Numbered from the stretch's first letter, positions 46,981 through 57,323 are shown. The stretch is DNA of 64,000 nucleotides from Clostridia bacterium (GCA_045545475.1 JAZQAZ010000030.1:6058-70057); one strand, 5' to 3'. Translations and numbers: made by a program. The notes: generated by a model not told the origin, from the letters alone.

Positions 46981-47515
46981 TTTCATACAACTCAATCGAG
47001 TCCTTACCGTCTTTTTCCGATAAAAGCACCTTTATTAGTTCCGATTTTGATGTAGGAATGTTTTTCCCCACAAAATCAGGACGGATAGGAAGCTCCCTGT
47101 GTCCACGGTCGACAATCGCTGCAAGCTTTATCTTTTCCGCCCTTCCCATTTTGAGAAGTGCAGAAAGTGCCGCCCGCACCGTTCTTCCCGTACATATAAC
47201 ATCATCCGTTAAGATAATTTCTTTTCCTTCAGTATCAAGGCCAATGTCAGTTGCGGAAATTTCAGGCTCCGTCAATGCGTTTTCTTTTAAATCGTCACGG
47301 TATAAGGTAATATCAAGAATTCCCACAGGAACCTTTATTCCTTCAATTTTTTCAATGCACTCACTTAATCTTTGTGCAAAAGGCACTCCTCTTGTTTTTA
47401 TTCCCACAAGACAAAGCTTTTCGGGATCATCTGTATTTTCCAGAATTTCGTGAGCGATTCTTTTTATACTGCGGTTTAACGTATCCGCATCATAGAGTAC
47501 AGACTTGAATTTCAT
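46976..47515 (-). CDS. pyrR: pyr operon regulator / uracil phosphoribosyltransferase PyrR
   Basis: PRTase fold, VGIKTRGVP..., 179 aa. Confidence 0.85.
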   Translation of the reverse strand: MKFKSVLYDADTLNRSIKRIAHEILENTDDPEKLCLVGIKTRGVPFAQRLSECIEKIEGIKVPVGILDITLYRDDLKENALTEPEISATDIGLDTEGKEIILTDDVICTGRTVRAALSALLKMGRAEKIKLAAIVDRGHRELPIRPDFVGKNIPTSKSELIKVLLSEKDGKDSIELYEK

Positions 47516-47565
47516 ATCCTTAAATTTATAAAAGGGACTCCCGAAGGAGTCCCTTTATTCACTCC

Positions 47566-48939
47566 TTATTCCTGCTCTTTTGCTTTTGATAAGATAATAT
47601 TTGTAATTATACCAAGGATAAGAGCACAAGCAATACCGGTGATTGTAACCTTGCCAATCTGCATAGCTACTCCGCCGATACCTGCGATTAAGATTACGCT
47701 TACTACGAAGAGGTTCTTGTTCTGCTCAAGGTCAACCTTCTGTATCATCTTAAGACCGGATACTGCAATGAATCCGTAGAGAGTTATGCATACGCCACCC
47801 ATTACGCAACCGGGGATAGAATCAAGGAAAGCAACGAAGGGTGAGATAAATGCAACAAACAGTGCCATGATGGCAGTAGTTATTATTGTATATACGGAAG
47901 CGTTCTTTGTGATAGCTACGCATCCAACGGATTCACCGTAAGTAGTATTGGGACATCCTCCAAAGAATGCACCAACCATGGAGCCGACACCGTCACCAAG
48001 AAGTGTTCTGTGAAGACCGGGTTCTTCCAAAAGGTCATGCTCAATGATTGAGCTTAAGTTCTTATGGTCAGCAATATGCTCAGCAAATACAACGAAGGCA
48101 ACGGGTGCATAAGCAACAGCGATTGTTGCAACGTATGTCCAGTTAAATTCTCCTATGCCCTTGAATGCTTCAATGAAAGTATATTTAGGAACAGCAAGAA
48201 ATGTTTTAAGTGTAACGCCTTCTGCAACCAGAGCCTTGAAAGGTGCAAAATCAATAATTATAAGAGCTTCATTTCCTGTGCTTATACCTATCACAGTGAA
48301 TATTAAGGCAACAGCATAGCCGGCAAGAATACCGATGATAAAGGGAATAAGCTTTGCCATTCTCTTACCGTATGTTGCACAAAGGATAACCACTGCCAAA
48401 GTAACCATTGCACAGATGAAGGATACCCATGCAGAAGTTGACATAATGAACGCAGAGCCATCTGCATTCTTGGGACCGTATGAAAATACATCGTTTATTG
48501 CCGCACCTGCAAGTGAAAGACCAATAAGTGCAACTGTCGGTCCGATTACAACCGGGGGCATAAGTTTATTAATCCAGTTAACTCCTGCCACCTTAACAAC
48601 AAGGGCTATAATTACATATACAAAACCTGCTATTAATGCTCCGATGATAAGACCGAGATAACCGAGAGACATTGATACTCCCCCTGCAAAAGCTGCAAGC
48701 ATCGAGGGAATAAATGCGAAAGAAGAACCCAAAAATACCGGGCTTCTTCCCTTTGTGAAGAGAACATAAACCAAGGTTCCGATACCGGCTCCGAAAAGAG
48801 CCGCAGAAGCTGACATTCCATTTCCTACGATTGCAGGAACAGCAATTGTTGCCGCCATAATTGCCAGAAGCTGCTGAATAGCAAAAACAATCAACTGACC
48901 GAAAGCGGGCTTGTCTTTTACGCCATAAATCATTTTCAT
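47566..48939 (-). CDS. pyrP: uracil permease (NCS2 family)
   Basis: Polytopic NCS2-type sequence; start at MKMIYGV (GGAGG 8 nt upstream). Confidence 0.7.
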   Translation of the reverse strand: MKMIYGVKDKPAFGQLIVFAIQQLLAIMAATIAVPAIVGNGMSASAALFGAGIGTLVYVLFTKGRSPVFLGSSFAFIPSMLAAFAGGVSMSLGYLGLIIGALIAGFVYVIIALVVKVAGVNWINKLMPPVVIGPTVALIGLSLAGAAINDVFSYGPKNADGSAFIMSTSAWVSFICAMVTLAVVILCATYGKRMAKLIPFIIGILAGYAVALIFTVIGISTGNEALIIIDFAPFKALVAEGVTLKTFLAVPKYTFIEAFKGIGEFNWTYVATIAVAYAPVAFVVFAEHIADHKNLSSIIEHDLLEEPGLHRTLLGDGVGSMVGAFFGGCPNTTYGESVGCVAITKNASVYTIITTAIMALFVAFISPFVAFLDSIPGCVMGGVCITLYGFIAVSGLKMIQKVDLEQNKNLFVVSVILIAGIGGVAMQIGKVTITGIACALILGIITNIILSKAKEQE

Positions 48940-48964
48940 TTTTACCGACCTCCATAAATTTTTT

Positions 48965-49006
48965 ACAAAAAAACACCTTGTCCGCAGCAAAAACAGACAA
49001 GGTGTT
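48965..49006 (-). terminator. pyr-type attenuator terminator in pyrP leader
   Basis: Minus strand: AACACCTTGTC-loop-GACAAGGTGTT then TTTTTTTGTAAAA, ~30 nt upstream of pyrP start; upstream leader contains GAUGCAGAGACAUC loop (weak resemblance to PyrR-binding loop). Confidence 0.5.
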
Positions 49007-49125
49007 ATAATGCTTAATCAAAAGTCTCTTGCCGATGTCTCTGCATCGAATTAAAGATATCTTTTCCAAAAAACAGTATATCATTAATTCCTTTTTTTGT
49101 AAAGACCTTTTTCGGCAAAATCCGA

Positions 49126-52100
49126 TTATTTTTTAACTCTGTCAACCAAACCTGCAAGTCTCGCAAGAATAGTCGCCGCTTCAGCTCTTATGATGTTGCT
49201 TTCAGGACGGAAGGTTCCTTCCGCATCGTTACCGGCAAGAATACCTGCATTGTAAAGAGCATAAATCTCAGCACCGTATTTTCCTGTAGCAGAAACATCG
49301 GGAATACTCCATGAATTTATGGCACTAAGCTTGTCGGGCGTAACACTGTGACAGAAGATATAAGCCATTTCCGCTCTGGTTACATAGCGGTTATAATCTG
49401 CAAAGTCGCTTTCCTTTATAATTCCGTTGGCAACGGCATAGTTTACATATACCGTATACCACATATCTCCTGTGGGAACAAAATCGGAATCAGCACCACC
49501 CTTTGCCTGGTTGTGGATTCTGCACGCCATTGTAATAGCCTCTGCAACCGTCATATATCCTTCGGGATTAAAGGTGGTATCTCCCGTACCTTTCATAAGC
49601 CCTGCTCCACATACCTTATATACAATATCCTTGTACCAGCTTGTTTCCGCAACGTCGGCAAATACCTTCTGGGGTGCGGCAGGCTGTGCTTTTTCCACCA
49701 CTTCAATTTTAACATAGCCTGTAAAATTATCCCCTTCGTTGCTCTGTCCGAAATATGATATTGATGCTGTTCCCTTAAAGCCTTCTGCAGGAACGAATGT
49801 TACATCGGAAATATTGGGATTTCTGTCCGCATAAAACGTAGAGCCTGCAGAAATCATTGACTGATTTTCCTTACCGTAGTAAAGGTATAATGCACCGGCT
49901 CCGCCTGCAACAGCTCCGAAACGTACGCTTGCACAAGGTGATGCCGAAGTTCTGATACTTGCATTATTAAATTCGGTTATATCAAATTTCTTTCCTTCAA
50001 CAGTTACTCCGTTGTAGTAAACATTGGTATCAACAGCAGGTGCACTCTCTCCGCTGTATGTTATTTTTATGCTTCCGGGATATCCTGTACTGCTTGCATA
50101 AGCCGTGTAATTGATAGTAACCTTTCCGGTATATCCCTTCTTGGGAACGAAGCTTACATTTTTAAGGGCATTGGTTGTTCCGGAATAATAATACTTATCT
50201 GAAGCTGTTACCTTTTCCTCATCATCGCCGTCATAATCATAATAAAGTACACCATAACTTGATGAAGGAAGTGTAAACTTTATATAGCTTAAAGTTTTTC
50301 CGGACGCTTTCTTAAATGCGGAATTAAGGCTTGATGCATTCATGATCACTTCCTGGTCAACAGATGCTTTTACATTGATGGTATCAATATCTTCATCGTC
50401 GTCATCGTCGTCATCACCGTCTGCATCCTTCACCTTAATGGTTATCTTTCCCTCAATATATTTACTTGAGGTATAGTAGCCCTTATAGGTAATGGTTACT
50501 GTTCCCGAATAACTCTTTTTAGGAACAAAGGTAATATCCGAAATATCGGGGTCGTCGTCATAGAGAAACTCGTCGCCTTTTGCGATTTTCTCTTCATCCG
50601 AACCATCATAGTCATAATAAAGCACGCCCGCTGTTGTGGAAGGTACGGTTTTGAATTCTATGCCCAGAAGGTCTTCGCCCGCATCGTCGAATACATCGTA
50701 AAAATCGTCGCCGTCAAAGGTTAGCTCATCGTCGTTGTATACGCTGTAGGTTACTGTATCAACGTCATAATCGTCCTCATCTTCGTCATCGTCGCCGTCT
50801 GCGTCCTTTATCCTGATGGATATCTTTCCCTCAATATACTTACTTGAGGTATAATACCCCTTATAAGTGATACTTACTGTACCTGTCTTTCCGGACTTGG
50901 GAATAAAAGCGATATCGGAAATGTCGGGGTCGTCGTCATAGAGAAACTCGTCGCCCTTTGCGATTTTTTCTTCATCAGAGCCTTCATAGTCATAGTAAAG
51001 AGTTCCGTAAGTAGTTGAGGGAATGGTTTTAAATTCAAGACTGATAAAATCTTCTCCCGCATCGTCGAATACATCGTAAAAATCGTCGCCTTCAAACCAA
51101 AGCTCATCGTCGTTGTATACGGTGTAGGTTACTGTATCAACGTCGTAATCGTCATCATCGTCTGAATCATCGTCTGAATCAGAAACCTTAATTTTCACAG
51201 TACCGGAAAACTCCTTACCGCTTATGTTTTCACCGGTATACTTAATTGTAACCGTTCCCGAATAACTGGCCTTCGGAACAAAAGAAACATCAGAAATATC
51301 GGGGTCATCGTTATAATAAAATTCGTCACTCTTAGAAACCTTTTCTTCATCGGAGCCGTCATAATCATAATAAAGCACTCCATAGCTTGTTGAAGGAAGC
51401 GTAAAGGTCACATAATCTAAATTCTTTCCGGTAGCAGACTTACATACACTGTTGAACTTGGAGCCGGAAAATTCTATTGCATCTCCGCCGTTATCTCCGC
51501 TTAAGTTTATGACGCTTGCAGTCTTGCTTTCTTCTTCAACAATAATTTTAATTTCCCCTTCGATTTCAGGGTCAGATGTGTTTGTACCGTAAAGAATAAT
51601 TGCTATTGTAATTTCACATTCCTTTTTGGGGACAAAGGAAATATCATCAATCCAGGTTTTTTTGATCTTTTCACCTTTTAATATTTTTTCTTGTTCTTTT
51701 CCGTCGTAATCATAATAGAGCACGCCGTAGGTGTTTGAGGGAAGCTTGGGAATCTCAAAGGATTTGAAAGTTTTTCCTGTAGCATCGTTATATGCCTTTG
51801 AAAAATCGTCTGCTTCGAACTCTATCGGATCTTCTGTGTCGCCCTCATAGGTAATGGTGGCAGCATCTTCCGGAGTATCGTTGCCGGCGGTATCATCACC
51901 TGTGGTGTCATCGCCCGTGGTATCGTCACCCGTGGTGCCGTCACCCGTGGTATCGTCGCCCGTAGTACCGTCGCCCGTGGTGCCGTCACCCGTGGTATCG
52001 TCGCCCGCGGTATCGTCACCCGTGGTATCATCACCGGTAGTATCGTCGCCCGTGGTATCGTCGCCCGGAGTATCGTTGCCGGCGGTATCATCACCTGTGG

Positions 52101-52224
52101 TATCGTCGCCTGTGTCTTCCGCTGCAGGTGTTGTATCCGCTTCTTCCGCAAACACGCTGACTGCGGAGCAAATCATGGTGAATACCAGTAAAAACGCCAG
52201 AATCTTCATTGCAATGTTTTTCAT
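49126..52224 (-). CDS. large SLH-anchored cell-surface protein with (TGDDT)n linker and five to six ~115-aa repeats
   Basis: Signal peptide; about 20 pentapeptide TGDDT repeats; repeated modules with motif ...YGVLYYDYDGSDEEK...; three C-terminal SLH repeats. Confidence 0.8.
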   Translation of the reverse strand: MKNIAMKILAFLLVFTMICSAVSVFAEEADTTPAAEDTGDDTTGDDTAGNDTPGDDTTGDDTTGDDTTGDDTAGDDTTGDGTTGDGTTGDDTTGDGTTGDDTTGDDTTGDDTAGNDTPEDAATITYEGDTEDPIEFEADDFSKAYNDATGKTFKSFEIPKLPSNTYGVLYYDYDGKEQEKILKGEKIKKTWIDDISFVPKKECEITIAIILYGTNTSDPEIEGEIKIIVEEESKTASVINLSGDNGGDAIEFSGSKFNSVCKSATGKNLDYVTFTLPSTSYGVLYYDYDGSDEEKVSKSDEFYYNDDPDISDVSFVPKASYSGTVTIKYTGENISGKEFSGTVKIKVSDSDDDSDDDDDYDVDTVTYTVYNDDELWFEGDDFYDVFDDAGEDFISLEFKTIPSTTYGTLYYDYEGSDEEKIAKGDEFLYDDDPDISDIAFIPKSGKTGTVSITYKGYYTSSKYIEGKISIRIKDADGDDDEDEDDYDVDTVTYSVYNDDELTFDGDDFYDVFDDAGEDLLGIEFKTVPSTTAGVLYYDYDGSDEEKIAKGDEFLYDDDPDISDITFVPKKSYSGTVTITYKGYYTSSKYIEGKITIKVKDADGDDDDDDDEDIDTINVKASVDQEVIMNASSLNSAFKKASGKTLSYIKFTLPSSSYGVLYYDYDGDDEEKVTASDKYYYSGTTNALKNVSFVPKKGYTGKVTINYTAYASSTGYPGSIKITYSGESAPAVDTNVYYNGVTVEGKKFDITEFNNASIRTSASPCASVRFGAVAGGAGALYLYYGKENQSMISAGSTFYADRNPNISDVTFVPAEGFKGTASISYFGQSNEGDNFTGYVKIEVVEKAQPAAPQKVFADVAETSWYKDIVYKVCGAGLMKGTGDTTFNPEGYMTVAEAITMACRIHNQAKGGADSDFVPTGDMWYTVYVNYAVANGIIKESDFADYNRYVTRAEMAYIFCHSVTPDKLSAINSWSIPDVSATGKYGAEIYALYNAGILAGNDAEGTFRPESNIIRAEAATILARLAGLVDRVKK

Positions 52225-52239
52225 TTAAGTCATCCTTTC

Positions 52240-52983
52240 TTATACTAAAGCTTCTGTCTCTATATTGAGCAATGCTTCTTTTTCTCTCATATATGCTTTT
52301 CCATACTTGGAAAATCTGCTTTTTCTTATTTCAAGGTCCGACAGGATATCCACCAGCCACAAAGGATACCCTCCCACAGCCTTAATTTCCATAAGTCGCA
52401 TATCAGGTTCAATAAGTGCCTCGCCATAGTCTCCTTTAAGCAGGTCCAGCTCGTACATTCTTGCTCTTATATCCTTATCAAAGGAAATTCTTAAGTCCTT
52501 GTTATCGTGGGAGAAAAACGCCAGGCGGTCATACGCCACAATGCAGGAAGGTTTTATTCCGGGATTCATTTTAAGAAATTCCAAAATTTCTTTTATAACC
52601 TGTTCATTCATGTGGGGCATAAGAGGCGGCATTTCTTTCTTGTCAAGAAAATCCATCGCTTCGTTATAGTAAAAAGCCGTTCTTCTTTTATTCACCGTAC
52701 CTTTGAACTTCTTCTTCATTTCAAGATATATCTTTGTATTTTCATCCGGCACTCCGTAAGAACGAAGGCGAAGCTTTTCTTTATATACAGGGCGGGACAG
52801 GGAATGTCTTATAAACCGCTTATCATCTGTATCAAAATAAAGGCTGCAAAGAGTATAATACTCTCCCCCGATATTATACTTATCCATATATGTATAATCT
52901 TTTATCCGGCTAAGGACCGTTTCAAAAACATCTCCTGTCAGAAGATACTTTTTTTCAACACGGTTGAAAACCTCTTTCGCCAT
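52240..52983 (-). CDS. VTC/CYTH-like domain protein (polyphosphate-polymerase-domain family)
   Basis: N-terminal EKKYLL CYTH-like signature; start at MAKEVF (GGAGGAGG SD). Confidence 0.45.
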   Translation of the reverse strand: MAKEVFNRVEKKYLLTGDVFETVLSRIKDYTYMDKYNIGGEYYTLCSLYFDTDDKRFIRHSLSRPVYKEKLRLRSYGVPDENTKIYLEMKKKFKGTVNKRRTAFYYNEAMDFLDKKEMPPLMPHMNEQVIKEILEFLKMNPGIKPSCIVAYDRLAFFSHDNKDLRISFDKDIRARMYELDLLKGDYGEALIEPDMRLMEIKAVGGYPLWLVDILSDLEIRKSRFSKYGKAYMREKEALLNIETEALV

Positions 52984-53075
52984 AAGCTCCCTCCTCCCTA
53001 CAGCAGAGGCTACCAATTCATAATATAATATACATTAACAACGTCTTAAAGTCAATAAAAAGAAATGAATTTATT

Positions 53076-53116
53076 ATTAAAAGGCTGCGATTAGTTCTAA
53101 TCGCAGCCTTTTCGTT
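53076..53116. terminator. terminator after lipoprotein gene
   Basis: AAGGCTGCGATTAGTTCTAATCGCAGCCTT hairpin. Confidence 0.65.
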
Positions 53117-53552
53117 ATTTAAGTGATAAAAATATTTCCGTCATTTCCTCATCGTTTGAAGGAATCATGGCATATTCGTCATTTACCTGTGCCGTTATAT
53201 ATACATCAAACATATCCATATACATTTTTCCTGTTTTTGCCAATTCTATATAAGCTTCAGACTCAACATTATAGCAGAAAATTTCAAACACTCTTCCGTC
53301 TGCAAGCGTGTATTTCCTTCCTGCCTTCGCACCATCAATTATCCCTTCCGCCTTATCTTCCTCTTCGAAAGCAATTCCTTTTTCAGTAAGTGCCGCGGAA
53401 AAACCTGCAAACTTATCTTCTGTCTCCCTTGTAACATAGGTGAATTCCTTTATTTCTCCGTTTTCATCTGTATATTTTTCTGTTTTCACGGTGCAGGAAG
53501 CAAGGGTTAAAATCATAAATACAGCAAGAAAAGTCAACATTATTTTTTTCAT
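53115..53552 (-). CDS. lipoprotein (hypothetical)
   Basis: Lipobox LTLASC. Confidence 0.5.
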   Translation of the reverse strand: MKKIMLTFLAVFMILTLASCTVKTEKYTDENGEIKEFTYVTRETEDKFAGFSAALTEKGIAFEEEDKAEGIIDGAKAGRKYTLADGRVFEIFCYNVESEAYIELAKTGKMYMDMFDVYITAQVNDEYAMIPSNDEEMTEIFLSLK

Positions 53553-53647
53553 TAAAAATCATCCTCTCTTTGCTTAATGATAGCACGGCTTTTATATTCT
53601 GTCAAGAAACAAAAAACGTACGGAATTTATGCCTCCCGTACGCCATA

Positions 53648-54151
53648 TTATAATTCTTCAGGTTCAAATTCCCCAAGCACAAAAGGAATTATTTCTTCCT
53701 TTTCTATTTTAAGCACGGTTTTAAATTCTCCATAAAGGAGCTTTTCAGCCTCGGCAAGAAAATATTCGTCCACTTTATGAAGCTTTTTTCCAAGCTCAAA
53801 AATTTCCTTTTTATGCTTATCACAAGCTTTAATAAGTGAAGCAATCCCGCCTCTGTCCGCACTGTTTATTGCACCGGAATAAATATCACGTCTCTGTCTG
53901 TCATTATCTTCCCAAAGGGCACAGTCAGCTTCCTTTATGATTTTTTTTATTTCTTTTCCCGATACAATTTTTCTTAATTTTGTTTCGGCAGCCTTACCTT
54001 CTGTAGGCACATAAAAAACCGAGCTTTCGTTTCCCGCCGGTGTAAGAGCATAGTATTTTATAGTTCTGTCAGCAATCTTTTTGTCCTCGATGCCATTTAT
54101 CCTGCACAAGCCTTCGCCGCCGTAAAGCACCATATCCCCTATATTATACAT
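53648..54151 (-). CDS. CarD/CdnL-family transcriptional regulator
   Basis: N-terminal Tudor-like MYNIGDMVLYGGEGLCRI resembles CarD_CdnL_TRCF. Confidence 0.5.
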   Translation of the reverse strand: MYNIGDMVLYGGEGLCRINGIEDKKIADRTIKYYALTPAGNESSVFYVPTEGKAAETKLRKIVSGKEIKKIIKEADCALWEDNDRQRRDIYSGAINSADRGGIASLIKACDKHKKEIFELGKKLHKVDEYFLAEAEKLLYGEFKTVLKIEKEEIIPFVLGEFEPEEL

Positions 54152-54291
54152 AAAAAGCCTCCGGTATTACCCAATCTGTCATTTGCTCAAAATTCTTTCT
54201 TATATAATACCACAAAAAGGATTTTTCTTCAAGGGACAAATTGACGAAAAACTGCACCGGTCTTTATGTGTAAATCGCCCAAAAACCACAA

Positions 54292-55479
54292 TTAGCACTT
54301 ATCTTTAAGGCTTTTTGCCGCATTAATGAGCGCTTCCTCATCGTTTTCACAATTTCCTTCTATCACAAGATTCAAAAGAGCATCAAGCACTATGCCTGTT
54401 TTCCTTCCCGAAATACCAAGGGATAAAAGGTCGCTTCCCGATATGGCAAGCTCTTTTATTTTATTGCAGGAGCATGCTGCTTTTCCAAGAAGTTCGAAAG
54501 CGTCCTTTGCCTCTTTATCCGAAAATATTCCAAGATGCTGCTTAAAAGTTATACACTTTGATACATATTTTTCCTCTCTCGTTTTAAGGAAATATCTCAT
54601 TTTGATAATGTCAGAAAAATCTGCGTTTTTATCTTCCATAAGTCTTATGACCGTATCCTTTAGTAGCCTGTCAGTTTTCAAGGAGTTAAGTACCTCTCTC
54701 GCATCATCTGCACTAAGTCCGTCAAAAAGAATTGCAAAAGAAATGGCTGTATCGTCTCCCTTTATTCTTTTTACGTTGTCAATATATTTCGCTTTTGAAA
54801 GAGACGGCATTATAAAAAGAAATACATCCTTGAATTCAGATAACACAAAAGGTGCATTGATGCCTGCTAAAAGCTTTTTAAGCTCCGTAAAAATTCTTTC
54901 CCTTGCAATATTTGAAAGAAGGAGAAAAAGCTTTAATATCCCCTTTTTAGTTTCATCTTCAATTGAAAAGCCCAGAACTGATGAAAACCTTAAGGCACGC
55001 ATTATGCGAAGGGCATCCTCGGTAAATCTCTTTTCCGCATCTCCGACACAGCGGATTATGCCCTTTTCAATATCTTCTTTTCCCGAAAAGGGATCTGTTA
55101 TATTGAAGCTTTCGTCCATCGCCATAGCGTTTACCGTAAAGTCGCGGCGGGACAGATCTTCTTCTATTTTCTTTGTAAAATAAACTTCTTCCGGATGGCG
55201 TGAATCCTTATATTCCCCGTCAATGCGGTAGGTGGTTATTTCTATTGCTTCGCCATTTATTATAGGAGCCACCGTTCCGTGCTTCATCCCCGAAAGCACA
55301 CATTTTTTATCGGGAAAGCAATTTATTATCTCTTCGGGAAGGGCATTTGTGGTAATGTCAAAATCAGACGGAGTTTTTCCCATAATCATATCACGGACGC
55401 AGCCGCCCACAAGGTATGCTTCATACCCTTCTTTTGTCAGGCTTGACAGGGCATACAATATATTTTCCGGTATTACCAT
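54292..55479 (-). CDS. cca: CCA tRNA nucleotidyltransferase
   Basis: Pol-beta NT motif GYEAYLVGGCVRD...DFDITT. Confidence 0.8.
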   Translation of the reverse strand: MVIPENILYALSSLTKEGYEAYLVGGCVRDMIMGKTPSDFDITTNALPEEIINCFPDKKCVLSGMKHGTVAPIINGEAIEITTYRIDGEYKDSRHPEEVYFTKKIEEDLSRRDFTVNAMAMDESFNITDPFSGKEDIEKGIIRCVGDAEKRFTEDALRIMRALRFSSVLGFSIEDETKKGILKLFLLLSNIARERIFTELKKLLAGINAPFVLSEFKDVFLFIMPSLSKAKYIDNVKRIKGDDTAISFAILFDGLSADDAREVLNSLKTDRLLKDTVIRLMEDKNADFSDIIKMRYFLKTREEKYVSKCITFKQHLGIFSDKEAKDAFELLGKAACSCNKIKELAISGSDLLSLGISGRKTGIVLDALLNLVIEGNCENDEEALINAAKSLKDKC

Positions 55480-55529
55480 AAATCCACCTCCCTTAAAGTT
55501 ATCAGATATATTTTACCACACAATTTCAA

Positions 55530-56336
55530 TTAATTAAAGCTTTTTCTGTAATTTAAAGGAGATACTCCTTTATATTTTTTGAAAATCCTCGAAAAATAGT
55601 TCTGGTCGATAAAGCCCGTTTCCTCTCCCACCTTCTGCATGGGAAGGTCGGTATTTTCAAGAAGCTCCGATGCCCTCTTTATCCTCATTTCAAGTATGTA
55701 ATTTTTAGGGCTTTTTCCTGTGCACCTTTTAAAAAGATGGATAAAGCGGCTTACGCTTAAATTACACATATCGGCATAAAACGAAATATCAACTTCCATC
55801 CCGAAATCCGCCGTCATACGCTTTAGCACCTTTTCAATTCTTTCATCCGCTATATAATGTGAATCCCACACGTTCCTTCTTGCAAAAAGTGCAAGGATTG
55901 TGTAAAGATAACCTGCGCAAAGCTCCGAAGAATATGGCCTTTTAAGATAATATTCTTCTATCATTTTCTTAAAAAGCGATTCTGCGTGGGGGATTTCCCC
56001 GATATTGATAACTCTTTTTGAAAGCTTAAACCCCGAAAGAAGCTTTTCGCACTCCGTGCCAGAAAAATGCACATAATAGGAGGTTGTTTTTATCTCTGCT
56101 TTAACATAGTAATTCTGCACCTCAAAGGGGCGGTATATAACAATGTTTCCTTTGGTTACTTCCTGCTCAATTCCCTTTTCCTTTATAAAAAGTGAGCCTT
56201 CGGTGATAAAAAGAATGTGATAGTCAACTCTTCCCTTTTCCCTGAATGAGCCTATATCCCTTCCCGAAAGATGCTGACAGTCACAGCTGTTTACGCATAA
56301 AGGCTCCGCCGATTTATATTCGCTTGAACGCACCAT
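55530..56336 (-). CDS. AraC-family transcriptional regulator
   Basis: Cupin N-domain + AraC HTH C-terminus. Confidence 0.8.
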   Translation of the reverse strand: MVRSSEYKSAEPLCVNSCDCQHLSGRDIGSFREKGRVDYHILFITEGSLFIKEKGIEQEVTKGNIVIYRPFEVQNYYVKAEIKTTSYYVHFSGTECEKLLSGFKLSKRVINIGEIPHAESLFKKMIEEYYLKRPYSSELCAGYLYTILALFARRNVWDSHYIADERIEKVLKRMTADFGMEVDISFYADMCNLSVSRFIHLFKRCTGKSPKNYILEMRIKRASELLENTDLPMQKVGEETGFIDQNYFSRIFKKYKGVSPLNYRKSFN

Positions 56337-56470
56337 AAAACCGCCTCCTTAAAGAAATTATACCAACCATCTTTCTTTATGTCAACAGCAGTTTTGTGCT
56401 AATTTTGAGCAAGGCTGTCTATATACATATTTTTATAAATCTGTTAAAATAAAATAAGGAGGTGTCAAAT

Positions 56471-57322
56471 ATGACAGATTATAATAAAATGCCCGCCGAA
56501 ATGCTGGGCGAAGGAAGCACAATTAAACTTGAGCGCTGCGAAACAGAGGTTGACCTTTACTGGCGTGTTGCCATGGATGTTCTTTCCGTTATAGAGGAAA
56601 ACAACAAAAAGGGAGAACCCACAATAATGGTTGTTCCCTACGGTCCACTTGGTCCCTATGCGAGAATAGTTTACCTTGTAAATAAGTACCGCATAAGCCT
56701 TAAAAACTGTACGTTCATAAATATGGACGAGTATCTTGACGATAACGACGAATATTTAGATAAGGCAGACCCCTTATCATTCCGTGGCGGAATGGACAGA
56801 ATTTTCTATTCACAGATTGATGAGGAGCTTAACGTTCTTCCCGAAAACAGATATTTCCCCGATCCCAAAAATCCCGGCAAGGTTATGGAGCTTATAGAAA
56901 AAGCAGGCAAGCTTGACCTTGTTTTCGGCGGTGTAGGAATAAACGGTCACTATGCATTTAACGAGCCTCCGGAGGAAGGCGAGGTTGTCACGGCTGAGGA
57001 ATTTTTAAGCCGCCCCACAAGAATCCTTAACGTATCAAGAGAAACAAGAACAATCAACGCATATATGAATGCAGGCGGAAACTTTGACGCCATTCCCAAA
57101 AAGTGCATAACCGTCGGTATGAAGGAAATGTTTATGGCAAAAAAGGTAATTATGTGTATGCCCCGTGACTGGCTGGCAGGTGCTCTTCGTAAGGTTATTC
57201 ACGGAGAAGTTTCTCCATATGTTCCCTGCTCACTTTTCCGCCTTCATAAAGATGCTACCGTTTATGCCTGCCCCGATGCATTAAAAACTCCCCTTCCCGA
57301 AATAAGAATTTATAACAAGTGA
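56471..57322 (+). CDS. glucosamine-6-phosphate deaminase-family protein (NagB-like)
   Basis: FINMDEY and GGVGINGHYAFNEP motifs; start at MTDYNKM. Confidence 0.6.
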   Translation: MTDYNKMPAEMLGEGSTIKLERCETEVDLYWRVAMDVLSVIEENNKKGEPTIMVVPYGPLGPYARIVYLVNKYRISLKNCTFINMDEYLDDNDEYLDKADPLSFRGGMDRIFYSQIDEELNVLPENRYFPDPKNPGKVMELIEKAGKLDLVFGGVGINGHYAFNEPPEEGEVVTAEEFLSRPTRILNVSRETRTINAYMNAGGNFDAIPKKCITVGMKEMFMAKKVIMCMPRDWLAGALRKVIHGEVSPYVPCSLFRLHKDATVYACPDALKTPLPEIRIYNK

Positions 57323-57323
57323 T

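Noticed and set aside
51822-52151. 109-aa minus-strand ORF in an alternative frame (IPRATIP repeats)
   Set aside because: Same strand, different frame over the TGDDT repeats of the real gene; periodic sequence keeps all frames open.
51854-52228. 124-aa plus-strand ORF rich in PVVSS repeats
   Set aside because: Antisense mirror of the (TGDDT)n repeat region of the large minus-strand SLH gene; a repeat-induced open frame, not a gene.
54326-55183. 285-aa plus-strand ORF
   Set aside because: Entirely antisense to the well-supported cca gene; Ser-rich low-complexity translation.
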